Assembly: GCA_043819795.1 (NCBI GenBank)
Contig: JBDREN010000226.1
Coordinates: 1 to 42,291 of the forward strand
Direction of reading: 5' to 3'
DNA length: 42,291 nt
From: Elusimicrobiota bacterium
Lineage (GTDB): Bacteria; Elusimicrobiota; Elusimicrobia; UBA1565
The first letter of the stretch is position 1, and every line of letters begins with the position of its first letter. Positions 9,295-18,772 of this stretch are shown here, in pieces. Below the pieces are notes generated by a model. It was not told the DNA's origin. It did no database searches and worked only from the letters and a program-made list of their open reading frames with translations. The position numbers and the translations under genes were made by a program.

Positions 9295-9380
9295 GGGGTC
9301 ACTCAGGCGTTGCGTTGTTGCGTTTGTTCACTTACCAGTAGCCGTAAAGCAACAAACGCAACAACGCAACGCCTGACCCC
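9295..9380. repeat. REP/REPIN-like palindromic element, copy 2 (inverted relative to copy 1)
   Basis: 26-bp perfect inverted repeat 9303-9328/9351-9376 with GGGGTC...GACCCC ends; core is the reverse complement of the copy 1 core with 2 mismatches. Confidence 0.85.
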
Positions 9381-11725
9381 TAAACGTTTTTGACCCAATC
9401 CAGGACGGCTTTGAGCTGGGAGGGGCCGTCCAAGCCCCCCTCCTCGACCACCTTTTCCCAGGAGCCGCTGCCGAGGTACTGTCCGTTGCGGAACGGGTGC
9501 AGGGAACGCCTCAGGCCCTCGCTGCCGCAGACCCAGCGGGCGATGGTGGGCAGGGTGAAATCGGTGATCCCGATCGCGTGGCGGGCGAGCTCCTCCGAGA
9601 ATATGCCCTCGCGCTCGGCCTCGGGCAGCATGTCGAAGAGCTCCGCGCTGGCGACGTAGAAGACGTTGATCTTGATCCCCTTCTCGTCCAGGCGGGGCAG
9701 CACGTCGCGCACGAAGACCGTGGCCACGGCGCACCCCTGCAGGACCACCGCGGCCTTCCCCGGGGCGCGGCGCAGGGCGTAGACCCCCTTCGCCGCCGCG
9801 TGAGCCGACGGCAAGCCCAGGGCCTGCCTATCCGGCACCGGGACCGCTGGACGCGTCACGAACGGGCACAGCACCGCGGGCCGCGCCCGGAGCCCCGCGA
9901 TCATCAGGGGCCAGACCTCCCGGGGATCCCACGGCGTCAGCGTGATCAGGGCCCCGGACGGGAAGTTGTTCTGCAGCAGCTGCAGCGCCTGCGGGTCCGC
10001 GTGGGTGGGCCCGTCCTCTCCGGTCATCGAGCCCGCGTGGGCGTTGATCATGATCCAGGTCCGGAAGGGCTTGCCGTCCACCGCGCGGCGGGTCTGCTGG
10101 CCCAGCGCGTGCATGCGCGCCGGGACATGCTCCAGGGCCGCGATGAACGCCGAGTAGGAGCTCGTGACGCCGATGTGGCGGCCGAAGCTCGAGACGCCCG
10201 CCATGAGCCCCCCCATCGCGTCCTCGCAGATGCCGCCCACGGCGACGATCCGGGAGTAGGGGTTCTCGGAGGCGTGGAAGAACCGCCGGACGCGCTCGGT
10301 GTCCACGGGCGAGAGGCTCGTCGAATCGACCAGATCCGCCGCGCAGCAGAGGAAGGCCCCGTTGGTCCACGCGTTGAGGTGGCCGAGCGTGGCGCCGAGA
10401 GCCCCGCGGACCGTGGCCTCCGAGCCGGCCGGGATCGCGAGCTTCGGCGGACGCTTATCCGGCCTGAAGTCCGCGGAATAGAAGAGATCGAGCCTGGGAC
10501 CTCCCGGGCGGGGAGCGCGACACGCCGAGCGCAGGCGCTCACGGGCGGCGAGTACGCGCCCGGCCATCCGCTCCGCCAGGGCGTGGTCGCCTTCGAGCGC
10601 CTTGCGAAACTCCAGCAGGGAGTCGAAGTACGCCCGCTCGACCCTCTCCGGGTCCCGCGGCCCCTCGAACCTCGGCAGCCGGACGCGGAACCTCGCCTCG
10701 AAGGGGCGCAGGGCGTGATAGTAGGCCGCGGAGCAGAACGCGTGGCCCGCGCCATGGGACTTTCTTCCCTCGATACCGTAATGCCAACCCTTGACGGTCC
10801 GATAGACGACGGCGACCGGCCGTCCGTTGCGGAGCCCCGCCGCGGCCCGCTGGGCGGAGAGGACCCGCCGCATGTCGTGCCCGTCCCCGGCGTAGACCAC
10901 GTTCCAGTCGTGCAGACGCAGAAGCTCCAAGGGGTTCCACTGGACGTATTCGCCGGGCCGTCCCCGCTGCGGGCATACCCGGTCCGAATCGATGCAGGAC
11001 TGGTTCCAGTCCACATGGAGCACGGCGTTCTCGAGCCCCATCGTGGCCGCCGCGGCGAGGGCCTCCTGCACCCTGCCGGGGGTCATGCCGCCCTCGCCCT
11101 CCAGAAGATGGACCCTCGGGCAGCCGGGCCCGTAGGCGTCGGCCGCCGCCAGAGCCAGACCCAGGCCCGTCGTGACGCCCACGCCGCTGGCGCCGGTCGC
11201 GAGCGGGACGAACGGTGTCGCGCAGGTGGGGTGGCCGTCGAGGGGCTTGGCGCCCAGGCCGCCAAAGAGGGGGGTGCCCTGGGTCCGGTTGCGCCGGAAC
11301 CCGATCAGGTCCTCGAGGCGCAGCTGCCGGGACTCGGCGGGGAGCAGCCCGGGGCGGGCGATGCGGACGACTTCGTTGCGCAGGGCCCATAAGGCGTAGA
11401 GCCCGAGCGCCTTGTGCCCCGCCGCGTAGACCAGCTGGTCGGCGTCCGGGGCGTCCGGCTCGGACATGTCGTAGGCGAGGGTCTCGAAAACGAGGGCCTG
11501 GGCGATCCTGCCCGAGGATATGCTGCCGCCCGGATGCCCCGAGGTCGGCACGAAATTGTAGAGGACCGCGCAGAGCGTGCGGTAGACGAGGTCGAAGTCG
11601 TCGAAGAGGACGAGATCGTCGATCGCCTCCGGCGCCACGCGCAGGAACCCGCCCCGGCGCGGGCGCAGACGGAAACGGAACGGGGGGGCGTCGTCCTGGG
11701 CCATGGAAGAAGAGGGGGCGCTCAC
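9380..11725 (-). CDS. Transketolase-like ThDP enzyme, paralog 1
   Basis: GHPGGS, AGHKA, GHPT, EGEGG...DWN, SHGAGH, ADL, GICEDAM, GEDGPTH. GTG start overlaps the upstream TGA; alternative ATG at 11704. Confidence 0.85.
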   Translation of the reverse strand: MSAPSSSMAQDDAPPFRFRLRPRRGGFLRVAPEAIDDLVLFDDFDLVYRTLCAVLYNFVPTSGHPGGSISSGRIAQALVFETLAYDMSEPDAPDADQLVYAAGHKALGLYALWALRNEVVRIARPGLLPAESRQLRLEDLIGFRRNRTQGTPLFGGLGAKPLDGHPTCATPFVPLATGASGVGVTTGLGLALAAADAYGPGCPRVHLLEGEGGMTPGRVQEALAAAATMGLENAVLHVDWNQSCIDSDRVCPQRGRPGEYVQWNPLELLRLHDWNVVYAGDGHDMRRVLSAQRAAAGLRNGRPVAVVYRTVKGWHYGIEGRKSHGAGHAFCSAAYYHALRPFEARFRVRLPRFEGPRDPERVERAYFDSLLEFRKALEGDHALAERMAGRVLAARERLRSACRAPRPGGPRLDLFYSADFRPDKRPPKLAIPAGSEATVRGALGATLGHLNAWTNGAFLCCAADLVDSTSLSPVDTERVRRFFHASENPYSRIVAVGGICEDAMGGLMAGVSSFGRHIGVTSSYSAFIAALEHVPARMHALGQQTRRAVDGKPFRTWIMINAHAGSMTGEDGPTHADPQALQLLQNNFPSGALITLTPWDPREVWPLMIAGLRARPAVLCPFVTRPAVPVPDRQALGLPSAHAAAKGVYALRRAPGKAAVVLQGCAVATVFVRDVLPRLDEKGIKINVFYVASAELFDMLPEAEREGIFSEELARHAIGITDFTLPTIARWVCGSEGLRRSLHPFRNGQYLGSGSWEKVVEEGGLDGPSQLKAVLDWVKNV

Positions 11726-12489
11726 AGGTATACCTTCTCGGGGTCGATATCCTCGCGGAGGGTCTTGAGCTCCAGCTCCGTGGGCGCCTCGTTGGTCTCC
11801 AGGGGCTCGGCCACCGGGAACTCGAAACCGGTGGCCTCGGCCACGTCGGAAGCGCCGACCCCCGGATTGACGGCGATCAGGCGCATCCGCTTGGTGTCCG
11901 GAGCGAAGTCGAAGACCGCCAGATCGGTGAGGACCCGGTGGGGGCCGGTGCCGGGAGGAAGGCCGGCGCGCTCCCGGGCACCCGGGCCGTCGAGATAGCC
12001 CGGCGTGGTGAGGAAATCCACCTTCTCCACGAACCTCTTGCGCTCGTGCTTCATGAGGACGATCGTCCGCCAGCACAAGGAGCCCACCTCGTTGCCGCCT
12101 CCGGAGCCCGGCAGCCTCACCTCGGGCCGTTCGTGCGGCCCGATCACCGTGGTATTGAGGTTCCCGTAGGGGTCGATCTGAGCCCCTCCGACGAACCCGT
12201 CGCGCACGAGCCCGAGCTGCGCGGTCTCCATCACGTCGCAAATGCCCTGAGCCGCGAAGGCCCGCTCGAAGGTCTTCGCCTCTCCAACGGCGTGGGGCAG
12301 GTGCTCCAGAGTGGCGCCGATCCCGCCGAACTCGAAGACCGGCAGCAGTTCCCGCGCGTAAAGCCTCTTGGCCAGGGCCGCGGCGAGCATCGGGATCCCC
12401 GTGCCGATGAACACGCTCGTCCTGCCCCGCATGAGGCGCGCCGCCACGCAGGCCAGCATCTCGGTCGGAGAGCAGTCCGTCCCGCTCAC
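11722..12489 (-). CDS. Family I CoA-transferase beta subunit (GctB/PcaJ-like)
   Basis: FIGTGIP, VFEFGG (catalytic Glu position), GGAQIDPYGNLN, RLPGSGGGN, RFVEKVDFLT. GTG start after AAGGAGG. Confidence 0.9.
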   Translation of the reverse strand: MSGTDCSPTEMLACVAARLMRGRTSVFIGTGIPMLAAALAKRLYARELLPVFEFGGIGATLEHLPHAVGEAKTFERAFAAQGICDVMETAQLGLVRDGFVGGAQIDPYGNLNTTVIGPHERPEVRLPGSGGGNEVGSLCWRTIVLMKHERKRFVEKVDFLTTPGYLDGPGARERAGLPPGTGPHRVLTDLAVFDFAPDTKRMRLIAVNPGVGASDVAEATGFEFPVAEPLETNEAPTELELKTLREDIDPEKVYL

Positions 12490-13487
12490 GTGCTCGGCTC
12501 CTCCTTGAGCGCCTCCAGACGGTCCTTGCCGATCAGGTCGATGTAGGCGGCGTGGCTGGAGGGCTCGCGGACGAACCTCTCCAGGTACCTCCGCGTCCCA
12601 TCCTCGGTCCGGATCGCCTTGAGGTAGTCCCGGATATGGGCGTCGTCGCGCCTGTAGAGGCCGCAGGTCTCCCCGGGATGAGAGCCGAACGGGGCGGGAA
12701 CGACGGCGTCGACCAGGTAGTAGGGGATCGCGGTCCGGTCGGGCCGCTTGCGGAAGGTCTCGGTGTCGACGATCTCCTCGGCGGTGACGATCAGCCGCCG
12801 CGCGGCGCGGGACATCTCGGGCGCGAACCCGGCGATCCCGTCGATCTGGCAGTTGCCGTAGACGTCGGCCCGGTGCACGTGGATCACGGCGCAGTCCAGG
12901 ATGAGGGCGGGCAGGAGCGCCACGGTCATGCCCGTGAAAGGGTCGCGCATGCTGCGCGCGGCGCTGTACTTGAAGGTGTCGCTGCCCAGCATGGAGCGCG
13001 CCGGCAGGAACGGAACGCCCATCGCCGCGGCCTTCATCCGCCAGGAGAGCGCGCCGTTGGACCATTCCACGAGCTTGAGCCGGCCTCCCTCGGCCGCGCG
13101 CCGCAGTATCGGGGAAAGCCCGTAGGCCTCGTAGCCCACGTAGGCGATGTCCATCGCCTCGACGAGGCCCGCGGCCAGGAGGAAATCCACGTCAAGGAGC
13201 CCCTGCCCCGCCAGCCTGAGCCGGCTCTTTCCTTGGCGGACGATCTCCCGCACGACGGGAAGAGGGCAGCGGACGGTGCCGTAAAGGTCGAAGGCGAGGT
13301 AGTCGCCGTCCCGGACGAAACGGCGGACCGCCTCCCGTTCGCTCATGACCCTGGGATGCAGCCGCAGCTCCTTCTTATCCCGCATCCACTCCCGGAACCC
13401 GTCGATGTCCGGCGGCTGAAGGAGCTCCGGGGTCCCGGGCGGGGAGGTGGGCGGCAGGGGCGCGGTCCCTCCCGAGACCGTCTTCAC
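12486..13487 (-). CDS. Family I CoA-transferase alpha subunit (GctA/PcaI-like)
   Basis: AAAMGVPFLP, GSD, DPFTG, IHVHRADVYGN, AVVPAPFGSHP; GTGA overlaps at both ends. Confidence 0.9.
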   Translation of the reverse strand: MKTVSGGTAPLPPTSPPGTPELLQPPDIDGFREWMRDKKELRLHPRVMSEREAVRRFVRDGDYLAFDLYGTVRCPLPVVREIVRQGKSRLRLAGQGLLDVDFLLAAGLVEAMDIAYVGYEAYGLSPILRRAAEGGRLKLVEWSNGALSWRMKAAAMGVPFLPARSMLGSDTFKYSAARSMRDPFTGMTVALLPALILDCAVIHVHRADVYGNCQIDGIAGFAPEMSRAARRLIVTAEEIVDTETFRKRPDRTAIPYYLVDAVVPAPFGSHPGETCGLYRRDDAHIRDYLKAIRTEDGTRRYLERFVREPSSHAAYIDLIGKDRLEALKEEPST

Positions 13488-14362
13488 CCCGCCTTCCTCC
13501 GCCGCTCGATCCGCTCCCAGGCCTGGTCGACCCCGCGCTGGATGGCGGCCTCGTCGTCCTCGCTCAGGGCGCGGAAGCGGCCCTGCGCGCGCAGGAAATC
13601 CCCGACCGGCTTGCGCTTGGCAACCGGCACGTTCAGGCGGAAGCGTCCCTCCTCCACCTCGTAGACAGGAAAAAGGCCCGTGCGCACGGCCAGGCGGGAG
13701 AGCTCGACGGTCTTCTCGGTCGCGGACCTCCAGCCCGGAGGGCAGGGGGCGAGGATGCGGATGAAGCGGAAGCCCTCGATGCCGCGCGCCTTCTGGAACT
13801 TCCGGACCATGTCCTCGGGGTAGGCCAGCGTGGCCGTGGCCAGATACGGGATGCCGTGAGCCTCTATGATGGCGTCCAGATTCTTCTTGGGGCGCTCGCT
13901 TCCGGAAGGCGCGGGCGTCGTCATGGTCATGGCCCGCCACGGGGTGCCGCCGCTGCGCTGGATGCCGGTGTTCATGTAGGCTTCGTTGTCGTAGCAGACG
14001 TAGATGATGTCCTCGTTGCGGTCGGCCGCGCCCGAGAGCGCCTGTATGCCGATGTCGTAGGTCCCGCCGTCGCCGGCCCAGACCGAGACCACGCTCTCGC
14101 GGTCGCCCCGGACGAGGAGCCCGGCCTTGACCCCGCTGGCCGTCGCCGCGGCCGAAGCGAACGGGCAGTGCAGCACGGGAACGCCGACGGACCGGCGCGG
14201 GTAGGCTCCGGCCAGGATCGTCCAGCAGCACGCCGGAATCACCAGGACCGTCTTCTCGCCGAGGCCCTTGAGCGCGTAGCGCATCGCCAGCGTCGCGCCG
14301 CAGCCCTGGCAGGCGGTATGTCCGGGAGAGAGCAGCTCGGTCTCCGGGATGGTCAGCTTCAC
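13484..14362 (-). CDS. porB: 2-oxoacid:ferredoxin oxidoreductase beta subunit (ThDP binding)
   Basis: GHTACQGCG, AGDGGTYDIG, DNEAYMNTGIQRS, APCPPGW. Confidence 0.9.
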   Translation of the reverse strand: MKLTIPETELLSPGHTACQGCGATLAMRYALKGLGEKTVLVIPACCWTILAGAYPRRSVGVPVLHCPFASAAATASGVKAGLLVRGDRESVVSVWAGDGGTYDIGIQALSGAADRNEDIIYVCYDNEAYMNTGIQRSGGTPWRAMTMTTPAPSGSERPKKNLDAIIEAHGIPYLATATLAYPEDMVRKFQKARGIEGFRFIRILAPCPPGWRSATEKTVELSRLAVRTGLFPVYEVEEGRFRLNVPVAKRKPVGDFLRAQGRFRALSEDDEAAIQRGVDQAWERIERRRKAG

Positions 14363-15513
14363 CGGGGGTCCTCCATCCATACGGGGGTCCGGACGTCCAC
14401 CCGCCGCGCGTCGGCCTCGCGCCAGATCTCCCGGAGCAGCTGCGGCGTGATGTCGCCGCCTCCGATGCCGGCCACGAACCCGCCCACCGGGGGCTGGTCC
14501 TCGAGGGAATAGAGCGCGGACTTGATCTCCTCGCAGAAGATCCCGTGGTGGCCCTGGGAGAAATTCCGGTCCACGACCGCCACGCGCATGCCCGGATGGA
14601 CCAGACGGCGCAGCTGTTCGGCCGGGAACGGTCGGAACGCCCGCATCCGAAGGTTGCCGGCCTTGCAGCCGTCCTTTCTCAGCTGGTCCACCGCCACCCG
14701 CGCCGTGGACGCCACGGCGCCCGAGGTCACGAGCACCGTCTCGGCGTCCTCGCAGCGGTAGGCCTCGATCAGGCCGTAGCGCCGGCCGAAGGCCTTCTCG
14801 AAATCCCGGGCCACGTCCTCGATGACCCCGAGCGCCCGGTCCATGTCGGCCGCCATGCGCCGCCGGATGCGGAAGAAATCCTTGGGCGACGGCAGGCCGC
14901 CGAACGCCACGGGGCGGCCCGGCTCGAGCGCGTGCTCGCGAGAGGGCGGCCGCAGGAACCGGTCCACGTCCTCCTGGCTCGGCACGTCCACCGGCTCGTA
15001 GGTGTGCGAAAGGTTGAAGCCCTCGAGCACCACCATCGAGGGCAGGCGCACGGCCTCCGACACCCGGTAAGCCATGAGGACCGTGTCGAGAATCTCCTGA
15101 TTGGTCGAGCAATAGAACTGCATCCAGCCCGTGTCCCGCTGGGAGAGCGAGTCGGTCTGGTCGCTCCAAAGGATCCACGGCGCGCCCAGGGCCCGGTTCA
15201 CCTCGGCCATCACGATCGGCAGGCGCGCTCCCGCCACCCAATGCAGCATCTCGTGCATGTAGGCCAGGCCTTGCGACGAGGTGGAGGTGAACGTGCGCGC
15301 CCCCGCCGTGGCCGCGCCTAGAAGCGCGGCCATGGCCGAGTGCTCCGACTCGACCTTGATGAAGCGGCCGGGGAACTCGCCCGAGGCCTGCCATTCCGAG
15401 AGGAGCTCGACCGACTGGGTCTGGGGCGTGATCGGGTAGGCGCTGACCACCTCCACGCGCGCCAGCTTGACCGCCTCCGCGGCCGCGTGGTTGCCCATGA
15501 GGACCTTTCTCAT
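14359..15513 (-). CDS. porA: 2-oxoacid:ferredoxin oxidoreductase alpha subunit
   Basis: MGNHAAA, AYPITPQT, VESEHSA, TSSQGL, FRPFP; ATGA overlap. Confidence 0.9.
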   Translation of the reverse strand: MRKVLMGNHAAAEAVKLARVEVVSAYPITPQTQSVELLSEWQASGEFPGRFIKVESEHSAMAALLGAATAGARTFTSTSSQGLAYMHEMLHWVAGARLPIVMAEVNRALGAPWILWSDQTDSLSQRDTGWMQFYCSTNQEILDTVLMAYRVSEAVRLPSMVVLEGFNLSHTYEPVDVPSQEDVDRFLRPPSREHALEPGRPVAFGGLPSPKDFFRIRRRMAADMDRALGVIEDVARDFEKAFGRRYGLIEAYRCEDAETVLVTSGAVASTARVAVDQLRKDGCKAGNLRMRAFRPFPAEQLRRLVHPGMRVAVVDRNFSQGHHGIFCEEIKSALYSLEDQPPVGGFVAGIGGGDITPQLLREIWREADARRVDVRTPVWMEDPR

Positions 15514-15791
15514 CGGGCCTCCTCCTCCTCGATCGCGATGCACTTGGCCGGGCACTCGTTCGCGCAGATCATGCAGCCCTTGCAGTAGTCAAGATCTATG
15601 ACCGGCCTCTCTCCCTCAATGCGGACGCAGGCGTCGGGGCAGAATTTCCAGCAGAGCAGGCAGCCCGTGCACTTCTCGGCGTCGATGACGGGGCGTATGC
15701 TGCGCCAGTTCCCGGTCTTGTTCTCGCGCGTGGACCGGTCGCAGTCCAGGGTCAGCGGAAACTTGGAGGGGTCTCCCTCAAGACGCGGCAT
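15510..15791 (-). CDS. porD: 2-oxoacid:ferredoxin oxidoreductase delta subunit (2x[4Fe-4S])
   Basis: KTGNWR, CTGCLLCWKFCP, CKGCMICANECP. Confidence 0.9.
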   Translation of the reverse strand: MPRLEGDPSKFPLTLDCDRSTRENKTGNWRSIRPVIDAEKCTGCLLCWKFCPDACVRIEGERPVIDLDYCKGCMICANECPAKCIAIEEEEAR

Positions 15792-16353
15792 GGGTCCCGC
15801 CCTCCCGGAACGAGGCGTACCCCTCGCGCGCGGCCGCGAGGTTCTCATCGATCTTGACGGGGACCGACTCCCGGATCGCGGCATCCAGCGAGTCCATGTC
15901 CGCGAGCTCCAGAGCCGCGCACAAAACGCCGATCATGACCGTATTGACGACCGGGCTGGTCCGGGTGCCGAGGCCGTGCTTGAGGGCGATGTGCCGCGCG
16001 GCGACCGCCCGCACTTGAAAGCCGGGCCAGCGCTTGGAAAGCTCCGCCTCCGACTGCTCGGAGTTCACGACGATCGCCCCCCCGCTCTTGAGCCCGTGCA
16101 CCACCGCGGGATCCTCGATCAGCACCGGATCCATCACGACCACCACGTCCGGATTGTAGACCCGCGAGCGCACGTAGATGGGCTCCTTGGCGATCCGCGC
16201 AAACGCGCGGACGGGGGCGCCACGCCGCTCGACCCCGAACTCCGGCAGAGCCAGGCATTCTCCGCGACCCGACTTCAGGACGGCGCTCGCGAGCATCTTG
16301 GCCGCGAGCACCGTGCCCTGTCCCCCTCGGCCGTGGAAGCGTATTTCAAGCAT
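15778..16353 (-). CDS. porC: 2-oxoacid:ferredoxin oxidoreductase gamma subunit
   Basis: EIRFHGRGGQG, FGVERRGAPV, VNTVMIG. Confidence 0.9.
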   Translation of the reverse strand: MLEIRFHGRGGQGTVLAAKMLASAVLKSGRGECLALPEFGVERRGAPVRAFARIAKEPIYVRSRVYNPDVVVVMDPVLIEDPAVVHGLKSGGAIVVNSEQSEAELSKRWPGFQVRAVAARHIALKHGLGTRTSPVVNTVMIGVLCAALELADMDSLDAAIRESVPVKIDENLAAAREGYASFREGGTHAAS

Positions 16354-16417
16354 TTCCCTTTATATATCCTAATATATACGGTCAGTCTACCACCTGTATT
16401 GCAACACTCCGGCCAGG

Positions 16418-18772
16418 TCAGTACCCCCCTCTAGCCCCCTTCCGGACCCAGTCCCGGACAGCGCGCAGCTGCGAAGGCGCGTCCAGACCGGCCTCCACGA
16501 AGACATTCCTCCATACGCCGCTGCCCAGGAAAGTGCCGCCGCGATACGGATGCAGCGACCGCCTGATCCCCTCCTCCGAGCGGACCCAGCGCAGCAGCGT
16601 GGGAAGCGTGAAGTCGGTGATGCCGATGGCGCCGTCCGCCAGCTCGGCCGGGAAGATGCTCCGGCGTTTGCGCTCCGGCAGCCGGTCGAAGAGCTCAGCG
16701 CTGGCCACGTAGAACACGTTGACCCGGATATTCTCCTCATCGAGACGCGGAAGCACCTCGTTTATGAACACGGTGGCGACCCCGCACCCCTGAAGGACCA
16801 CGGTCGCGCGGCCGGGAGCCCGGCGGACGGCGTAGACTCCCTGGGCGGCGGCGCTCGCGGGAGGAAGCCCAAGCGCGCGGCGGTCGGGCACGGGCACGGG
16901 AGGACGGGGCACGAAGGGGCACAGCACAGCCGGCCGCGCGGCCAGCCCCGCGATGAGGAGCGGCCATACCTCCTGGGGCTCCCAAGGCGTCAAGGTGATG
17001 AGCGCCCCCGGCGGGAAGTTGTCTTGGAGCAGCTGCAGAGGCTGCGGATCGGCGTGGGTGGGGCCGTCCTCCCCGGTCATCAAGCCGGCGTGCGCGTTGA
17101 CCATAATCCAGGTCCGCACGGGTTCGCCCGTCGCCTCCCGACGGGCGAACTGGCCGATGGCATGCAGGCGCGCCGGGATGTGCTCCAGGGCGGCGATGAA
17201 CGCGGCGTAGGAGCTGCTGACGCCGATGTGCCGGCCGAAGGAGGACAGCCCGGCCATCATCCCGCCCATGGCGTCCTCGCAGATCCCGCCGATCGCGGCC
17301 AGCCGCGCTCCCGGGTTCCGGCTGCTGTGGAAGAAGCCCGGCCCGAAGCCCTCGGCCAGCTTCGAGACGCTTGTCGAGCCCAACAGGTCGGCCGCGCACC
17401 CGATCAGCGCGCCGCCCGTCTTCCGGTTCAGATAGCCGAACGCATCCCCCAGCGCCCCCCGAAGCGTGGCGTTCGCTCCGGGCGCCGGCTTGAGCTCGGG
17501 CGGAGTCTTGAGCGCCAAGATCTTCGACGAGTAGAGCCGCTCCAGACGCGGGCACCCGGACCGCGGCCGCCGCCGGCGCGCCTTGAGCCTCTTCTTGGCC
17601 GCCAGGATCCTCTCCGCGGCCCTCTTAGGGAAGCGCGGGCGCGCCTCAAAGGCCTTCCGGAAAGCCATCAGGGTGTCGTAGTAGGCCTTCTCGATCTTCG
17701 TCTCGTCTGGGTCGGGCTCGAAGCGGGGCAGCCGCGCGCCGAACCGGGATTCAAACTCGGCGAGCGCCTTGAAGTACCCCTCCGAGCCGAACGCGTGGCC
17801 CGCGCCGTGGGACTTTTTCCCCTCGATCCCGTAGCGCCACCCCTTGACGGTCCGGTAGACCACGGCCGTCGGCTGGCCGGTGCGCAAGCTGAGAGCCAGC
17901 CTTTGAGCCTCCAAGACCCGGGCGATGTCCCGTCCGTCCCCCGCGAACACCACGTTCCACTCATGCAGATGCAGTAGCTCCGCCGGACTCCACTGGACGT
18001 AGTCCCCCGGCTCGCCCCGCTCCGCGCAGACCCGGTCGGAGTCGATGGAGGACTGGTTCCAGTCCACGTGCAGGACGGCGTTGTCGAGGCCCAGGGACGT
18101 GGCCGCGGCCAGGGCTTCGTGTACCCGTCCCGGCGTCATGCCGCCCTCGCCCTCAAGGAGGTGGACCCGGGGGGCGTCAGGGCCGTAGGCGTCCCTCGCC
18201 CCGAGCGCGAATCCCAGCCCCGTGCTCACCCCTACCCCGCTGGCCCCCGTCGCCAAGGGGACGAACGGCGTCATGGGGGTGGGATGGCCGTCCAATGCCT
18301 TCGCCTTCAGCTTTCGGAACAGCGGGGTGCCCTGCGTGGGGTTGCGCCTGAAGCCCAGCAGGTCCTCGAAGCGCAGCTGGCGCTTGGGCGGAGGCAGCAG
18401 CCCGGGCCGGGCGATCCGCACCAGCTCGTTGCGCAGGGCCCAAAAGGCGTAGAGCCCGAGCGCCTTGTGGCCGGCCGCGTAGCAGAGCTGGTCGGCGTGC
18501 TCCGCGTCGGGCGCGCTGAAGTCGTAATCCAGATGCTCGAAGACGAGCCCCGCGACGATGCGGCCCGAGGAGGCGCTCCCTCCCGGATGCCCCGAGGTCG
18601 GGACGAAATTGAAGAGCACGGCGCAGAGGGCCCGGTAGGCGACGTCGAAATCCTCGAAAAAGGCGGCGTCGGGGACCGCTTGGGGCCGGGGCTCGAGATA
18701 ACGTCCCCGGCGCGGCCGGAAGGGGAACTTCTTGGCGAAAGTCTTTTGCTGAACGGAAACGATGGGGCTCAT
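16418..18772 (-). CDS. Transketolase-like ThDP enzyme, paralog 2
   Basis: Same motif set as paralog 1 (GHPGGS, EGEGGMTPG, GICEDAMGG, GEDGPTHADPQ); AGAGG RBS before ATG 18772. Confidence 0.85.
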   Translation of the reverse strand: MSPIVSVQQKTFAKKFPFRPRRGRYLEPRPQAVPDAAFFEDFDVAYRALCAVLFNFVPTSGHPGGSASSGRIVAGLVFEHLDYDFSAPDAEHADQLCYAAGHKALGLYAFWALRNELVRIARPGLLPPPKRQLRFEDLLGFRRNPTQGTPLFRKLKAKALDGHPTPMTPFVPLATGASGVGVSTGLGFALGARDAYGPDAPRVHLLEGEGGMTPGRVHEALAAATSLGLDNAVLHVDWNQSSIDSDRVCAERGEPGDYVQWSPAELLHLHEWNVVFAGDGRDIARVLEAQRLALSLRTGQPTAVVYRTVKGWRYGIEGKKSHGAGHAFGSEGYFKALAEFESRFGARLPRFEPDPDETKIEKAYYDTLMAFRKAFEARPRFPKRAAERILAAKKRLKARRRRPRSGCPRLERLYSSKILALKTPPELKPAPGANATLRGALGDAFGYLNRKTGGALIGCAADLLGSTSVSKLAEGFGPGFFHSSRNPGARLAAIGGICEDAMGGMMAGLSSFGRHIGVSSSYAAFIAALEHIPARLHAIGQFARREATGEPVRTWIMVNAHAGLMTGEDGPTHADPQPLQLLQDNFPPGALITLTPWEPQEVWPLLIAGLAARPAVLCPFVPRPPVPVPDRRALGLPPASAAAQGVYAVRRAPGRATVVLQGCGVATVFINEVLPRLDEENIRVNVFYVASAELFDRLPERKRRSIFPAELADGAIGITDFTLPTLLRWVRSEEGIRRSLHPYRGGTFLGSGVWRNVFVEAGLDAPSQLRAVRDWVRKGARGGY

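Noticed and set aside
6437..9380. Integron attC sites
   Set aside because: No RYYYAAC/GTTRRRY ends and no integron integrase; the ends match the RAYT-associated repeats instead.
11726..15555. Apparent long N-terminal extensions or fusions in the ORF track (953, 447, 581 and 636 aa)
   Set aside because: The extensions overlap upstream genes in another frame; real starts are at GTGA/ATGA overlaps with RBS.
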